The position numbers and the translations under genes were made by a program. From Ascoidea asiatica JCM 7603 (lineage: Eukaryota > Fungi > Ascomycota), in the NCBI GenBank assembly GCA_001600695.1, contig BCKQ01000001.1, positions 1,809,066 to 1,873,065 on the forward strand: a stretch of DNA of 64,000 bases. The letters are read 5' to 3'. This document shows positions 60,338-64,000 of this stretch, piece by piece. The stretch's first letter is position 1, and each line of letters begins with the position of its first letter. Under the pieces are notes generated by a model that saw only the letters and a program-made list of their open reading frames with translations, made no database searches and had not been told where the DNA came from.

Positions 60338-60596
60338 GTTAGTTTTATAGACATTTCTCTCGTAACTTGAGACCTTTTCAATAAGATTTTTTTTTCAAAT
60401 GTAATTATTATTAAGTAATTATTAATTATATTGTGTAGTTGTAATAATGTAAGTTTTTTAAAAAAAAAGTAAAAGAAGAATGTTAAATTGTATTTTTTTA
60501 GCTATAAAGTCTTTATAAAATGAATATTTTGATTATTTTTGAATAAAAGAGTAAAAAGATTAAAAGTATAGGTGAACAAAAAAAAAGAAAGACTCG

Positions 60597-62912
60597 TCAA
60601 AAAGGAGCACATTCTTTCTTTAGATAATTGTAAGCTAATGGATCATTTTCTAAGCAAGGTCCTACTTCCGTTATAATTTTTGCATATAATTTATTTATGG
60701 AGTCAATTTCACGAGGAGTCAAAAGGGTTTGATTAATTAATTTTCTGCAATAAGGAACCAATGAAACTTTTTCAAAGGTTAAATAATTAGCTTCAGGATT
60801 TGGATTTTTAATTTTATCCTTTGCATCAACAACAATCATATCATCTTCAATTCTTATACCATATTCTCCATCTTTATAATATCCAGGTTCATTTGAGATA
60901 TAATTTCCTTTTTGTATTGGGTATCTACGATTACCGATACCCATTGGACCTTCATGAACATTTAAGAAAGAACCAATACCATGGCCAGTTCCATGTTTAT
61001 AATCTAAACCTTTTGACCATAAATATTGTCTAGCAAGTATATCAAGCTGACTCCCATTTGTACCTTCTGGGAAAATAATTGAAGTTAAAGCAAGATTACC
61101 TTTTAATACATAAGTATAATTATTGATCTCATCTTGAGAAGGATTTGAGAAATGTAAAGTTCTAGTTATATCAGTTGTACCTTCTAAATATTGAGAACCG
61201 GAATCATTCAAATAAATTTTATCTGGATCAACAACAGAAGATTCAAATTCAGTTGGAGCATAATGAATAACAGCAGCATTTTCACCAGTTGAGGAAATAG
61301 TTTCAAAAGATAAATCCATAAAATTTTTCATTTGTTTTCTAAATTCTAATTGTTTTAAAGCAACTTCATATTCAGTATATAAATTTTTTTTGATAATTAA
61401 TTCATTTTCTAACCAAGCAAAAAATCTAATTAAAGCAATTGAATCTTTTTTATGAATTTTATTAATACCAAGTAATTCATTTTCATTTTTAATTGATTTA
61501 AATTGTTCAACAGGAGAATCAATTTGAGTGAAATTTTTATTATCTAAGTTTTTAACAATTTGCCAAGATGAAGAATTTGGTATTAAAAATTTAAGATTTT
61601 GATTAATTGAGATTTCTTTGAAACTTTTTAGATCATTATTGAATTCACTATATGGTTTTATAGTTATATTACACTCTTTTGTTAAATAATCAATAATTTC
61701 AGATTTATGATTATTTTTTTGAGAAAATCTTTCATCTAAATCCACATATAAATAATTTTTATCATTCATTAGGATAAAATAAGAAAAAAATACAGGACTA
61801 TAATCAATATCAGAAGCTCTTAAATTTAATAACCAAGCAATTTCATCTAAAGAATTAATCAAAAAGAAATTTGAATTATAATTTTTTAGTAAATTTTTTC
61901 TTAAATTTGATAGTTTTTCAATTGTTGAAATTCCAGTATATTTATTATCTAATTTAAATATATTTGTTGATAATCTTTTTGGTTTAATTTCAAATTTATC
62001 CCAAATTTCATCAACTAAATTTTCTTCAGTTGGAATTAAATTGATTTTTAATGAATTATCTTTTGAAATTTTTTTTAAATTTTCAGTTAACAAATTTTTG
62101 AATATTAAATAATTATTAAACGATATTAATTTTGGATCAATTGAAATATTTATATCTTTTAAATTTCCAGTATCTTGATTTAATTGAATTGCATAATCTA
62201 TTATCCAATTTTGCCACGAATTTTTTTTATCTTGTTTTAATAATTTCCAATTAAAATCTAATTGATTATTTGCTTGTAAATAATATCTTGCATCAGTTGA
62301 TAATATATTCAAACCAGATTCATCATTGTTTAAACTTGAAATATCTCTTGTGATGATGGCAATACCTGCACTACCATTGAAACCGGAAATGAAAGATCTT
62401 CTTTGATCAGCTAATGAAGTTTCTTCAGATTGATGTTCATCTTCGGAAGGTATTATATAAATTGCAATATTTCTTTTTTTCATTTCAATTCTTAAAGATT
62501 CTAGCCTTTTTGTAGTATTAATTTTACTATTTAATAATTCACAGTCATCATTACTATTTTTGTTATCTTTTGATTGATTAAGATTAAGATCAGAGATTGA
62601 TTGTTGACATAAAGATATTGTTGAAAAAGATCTTGTTGAACTTGAATAATTATTTAAATTTGAATCTGAATTTATTCTATTTAATTTAATTTGTTTTGTT
62701 AAAATTGATTTTCTATGATGTCTTGATAATAAACCTGGTGAACATGTACAATTTTTACAATATTTCCTTTGGATTGAATTATTTGAGAAATAATTTTTTT
62801 GAATTGTTGACATTTTTAGTAAATTAATCTCTTTTAATAATAAAGTATTATTTAAATTATTATTTAAATTTATTTTACTTAAATTTTTAGTTACAAGTAA
62901 AAAAAATGACAT
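60597..62912 (-). CDS. FRA1: Xaa-Pro aminopeptidase (M24B), Fra1-like
   Basis: Fra1-type CxxCTCSPGLLSR, INTTKRL..LR.EMKK, PSEDEHQSE, metal ligands DSGSQYLEGTTDITRT, HGTGHGIGSFLNVHEGP, SNEPGYY, GIRIEDD. Confidence 0.92.
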   Translation of the reverse strand: MSFFLLVTKNLSKINLNNNLNNTLLLKEINLLKMSTIQKNYFSNNSIQRKYCKNCTCSPGLLSRHHRKSILTKQIKLNRINSDSNLNNYSSSTRSFSTISLCQQSISDLNLNQSKDNKNSNDDCELLNSKINTTKRLESLRIEMKKRNIAIYIIPSEDEHQSEETSLADQRRSFISGFNGSAGIAIITRDISSLNNDESGLNILSTDARYYLQANNQLDFNWKLLKQDKKNSWQNWIIDYAIQLNQDTGNLKDINISIDPKLISFNNYLIFKNLLTENLKKISKDNSLKINLIPTEENLVDEIWDKFEIKPKRLSTNIFKLDNKYTGISTIEKLSNLRKNLLKNYNSNFFLINSLDEIAWLLNLRASDIDYSPVFFSYFILMNDKNYLYVDLDERFSQKNNHKSEIIDYLTKECNITIKPYSEFNNDLKSFKEISINQNLKFLIPNSSSWQIVKNLDNKNFTQIDSPVEQFKSIKNENELLGINKIHKKDSIALIRFFAWLENELIIKKNLYTEYEVALKQLEFRKQMKNFMDLSFETISSTGENAAVIHYAPTEFESSVVDPDKIYLNDSGSQYLEGTTDITRTLHFSNPSQDEINNYTYVLKGNLALTSIIFPEGTNGSQLDILARQYLWSKGLDYKHGTGHGIGSFLNVHEGPMGIGNRRYPIQKGNYISNEPGYYKDGEYGIRIEDDMIVVDAKDKIKNPNPEANYLTFEKVSLVPYCRKLINQTLLTPREIDSINKLYAKIITEVGPCLENDPLAYNYLKKECAPF

Positions 62913-63189
62913 AAAAAGATATTGAAAACAAAAAAAAGTAAAGAGTATAAAAATTTGATGAGATATTGAAGGATATATTTTAATTTATAATTAAATTCAA
63001 GTTTAAAAAATTAAATTTAAAAGAGAAATAATAGAAAAGCTTGATCCAAATATTAGTGTTTAGTTTTCTAGCAATTTGGCTATTTAGCTACAGCAGTATT
63101 ATTTTGAAGCCAATAACGATACCTACCTGAATTTAGAGCTGCTTTGTAATGAGATATTCATTTATGAGAATGCGTCAAATGCTTTAAAG

Positions 63190-63410
63190 CATGAGCAACG
63201 AGAATAACAGCCGACTGATGGAAGAGATAACAAGAGCAGCCAGGAAAGTCTCCCATTGGCCAGTGGGCTTCACCGCGGGTGGCGGGTGGCCAATGCTTGC
63301 GATCAACGGCGCTCGGGGCTCGCAGAATCCAAAACCGGAATTAAAGCCCAAAGTAGAACACGTCACGAGATTTGTTACAGCAGACTGCAGGAAACTAAAC
63401 CAGTGCTAAG
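63190..63410. promoter_or_regulatory. GC-rich island upstream of FRA1 with CGTCACGAGA (63361-63370) and CCAAT/ATTGG boxes
   Basis: Local GC rise; the overlapping short ORFs look like by-products of GC content. Confidence 0.55.
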
Positions 63411-64000
63411 GGTTACAATTATGGAAAGTCACATGATTATAAAAAAGCATGTGAAAAAACATATACATTTGTTTGAATCCAAGTGCAATATAATGATGTG
63501 ACCCGTAGTTATGGCTTCAATATTTTTACAATCTTAGCATTCAAGAATATAAAACAAAAAGTAAGATAAAGAAGAAACTAGTAAAGCTACTATTTCTATA
63601 GCCAAGTCCAATAATATATCAAGTTTGGTTGAATATAAGATGAATATGGATATCTATATCTTGGATTTGAATAAGAGTATCTAGAGATTGGAAAAGAGAG
63701 AGCGCTTTGGAAATCTAGGAAAATTTATTAGACTTTACTATAATCTGATGAGATTTAAAGTTCGATATAAAAATTTATTTGAAAGATATTTATGTTAAAA
63801 TTTAGATGTTAAGATAGTAAAACAAAAACAATTAAAGAATAAGTACTTAAGAATAAAAGGAAAGAATAGTTTCATAAAAAGAAGGAAGAAAGGAAACGAA
63901 AAAGAATTCATGGATTTTCACACTTGAAAATACCATTATTTGAAGAATATATCTATAAGAATATATCTATAAGAAAATACCTATTTTAAACAACTGGTTG

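Noticed and set aside
1-64000. CRISPR arrays, rRNA, intact transposons/LTRs, point centromere
   Set aside because: No repeat-spacer array, rRNA similarity, gag/pol or transposase ORF, or CDEI-CDEII-CDEIII arrangement was seen; CACGTG sites sit in promoters.

Overview
Eukaryotic DNA from an extremely AT-rich budding yeast (Saccharomycotina; intron signals GTATGT / (T/A/G)ACTAAC / TAG; abundant poly-Asn). An Ascoidea-like species is a guess, not a demonstrated identity. The window holds about 21 protein-coding genes and one tRNA-Gly(GCC). In order: YNL234W-like CaaX globin, Pex11-family protein, SFK1, an EFG1/SOK2-type APSES factor, RPS30 (spliced, missed by the ORF track), EFM7/NNT1, peroxisomal ECH1-like dienoyl-CoA isomerase, a highly divergent MFS transporter, an atypical eIF3j/HCR1-like gene with a GC-AG intron, a Myb/SANT-like Q-rich protein, NEO1, tRNA-Gly, an orphan tail-anchored protein, an ATO/ADY2-family channel, TFA1, DPM2, ITR1/2, a RING+TRAF-zinc-finger protein, a Q/N-rich orphan, KAE1, AIM21 (spliced) and FRA1. 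Most notable: (1) an eIF3j-like protein that keeps the C-terminal helical domain but replaces the acidic eIF3b-binding N-terminus with a basic tail, and needs a GC-AG intron to be expressed; (2) short GC-rich promoter islands, several sharing GTCACGGGA, surrounded by multi-kb zones of extreme AT content and repeat slippage that fade with distance even inside single genes; (3) a possibly Harbinger-derived Myb/SANT-like gene next to a 3.3-kb convergent gap with decayed coding-like sequence and a hairpin cluster between direct repeats. All homology calls are by eye from recalled family motifs; no searches were run.
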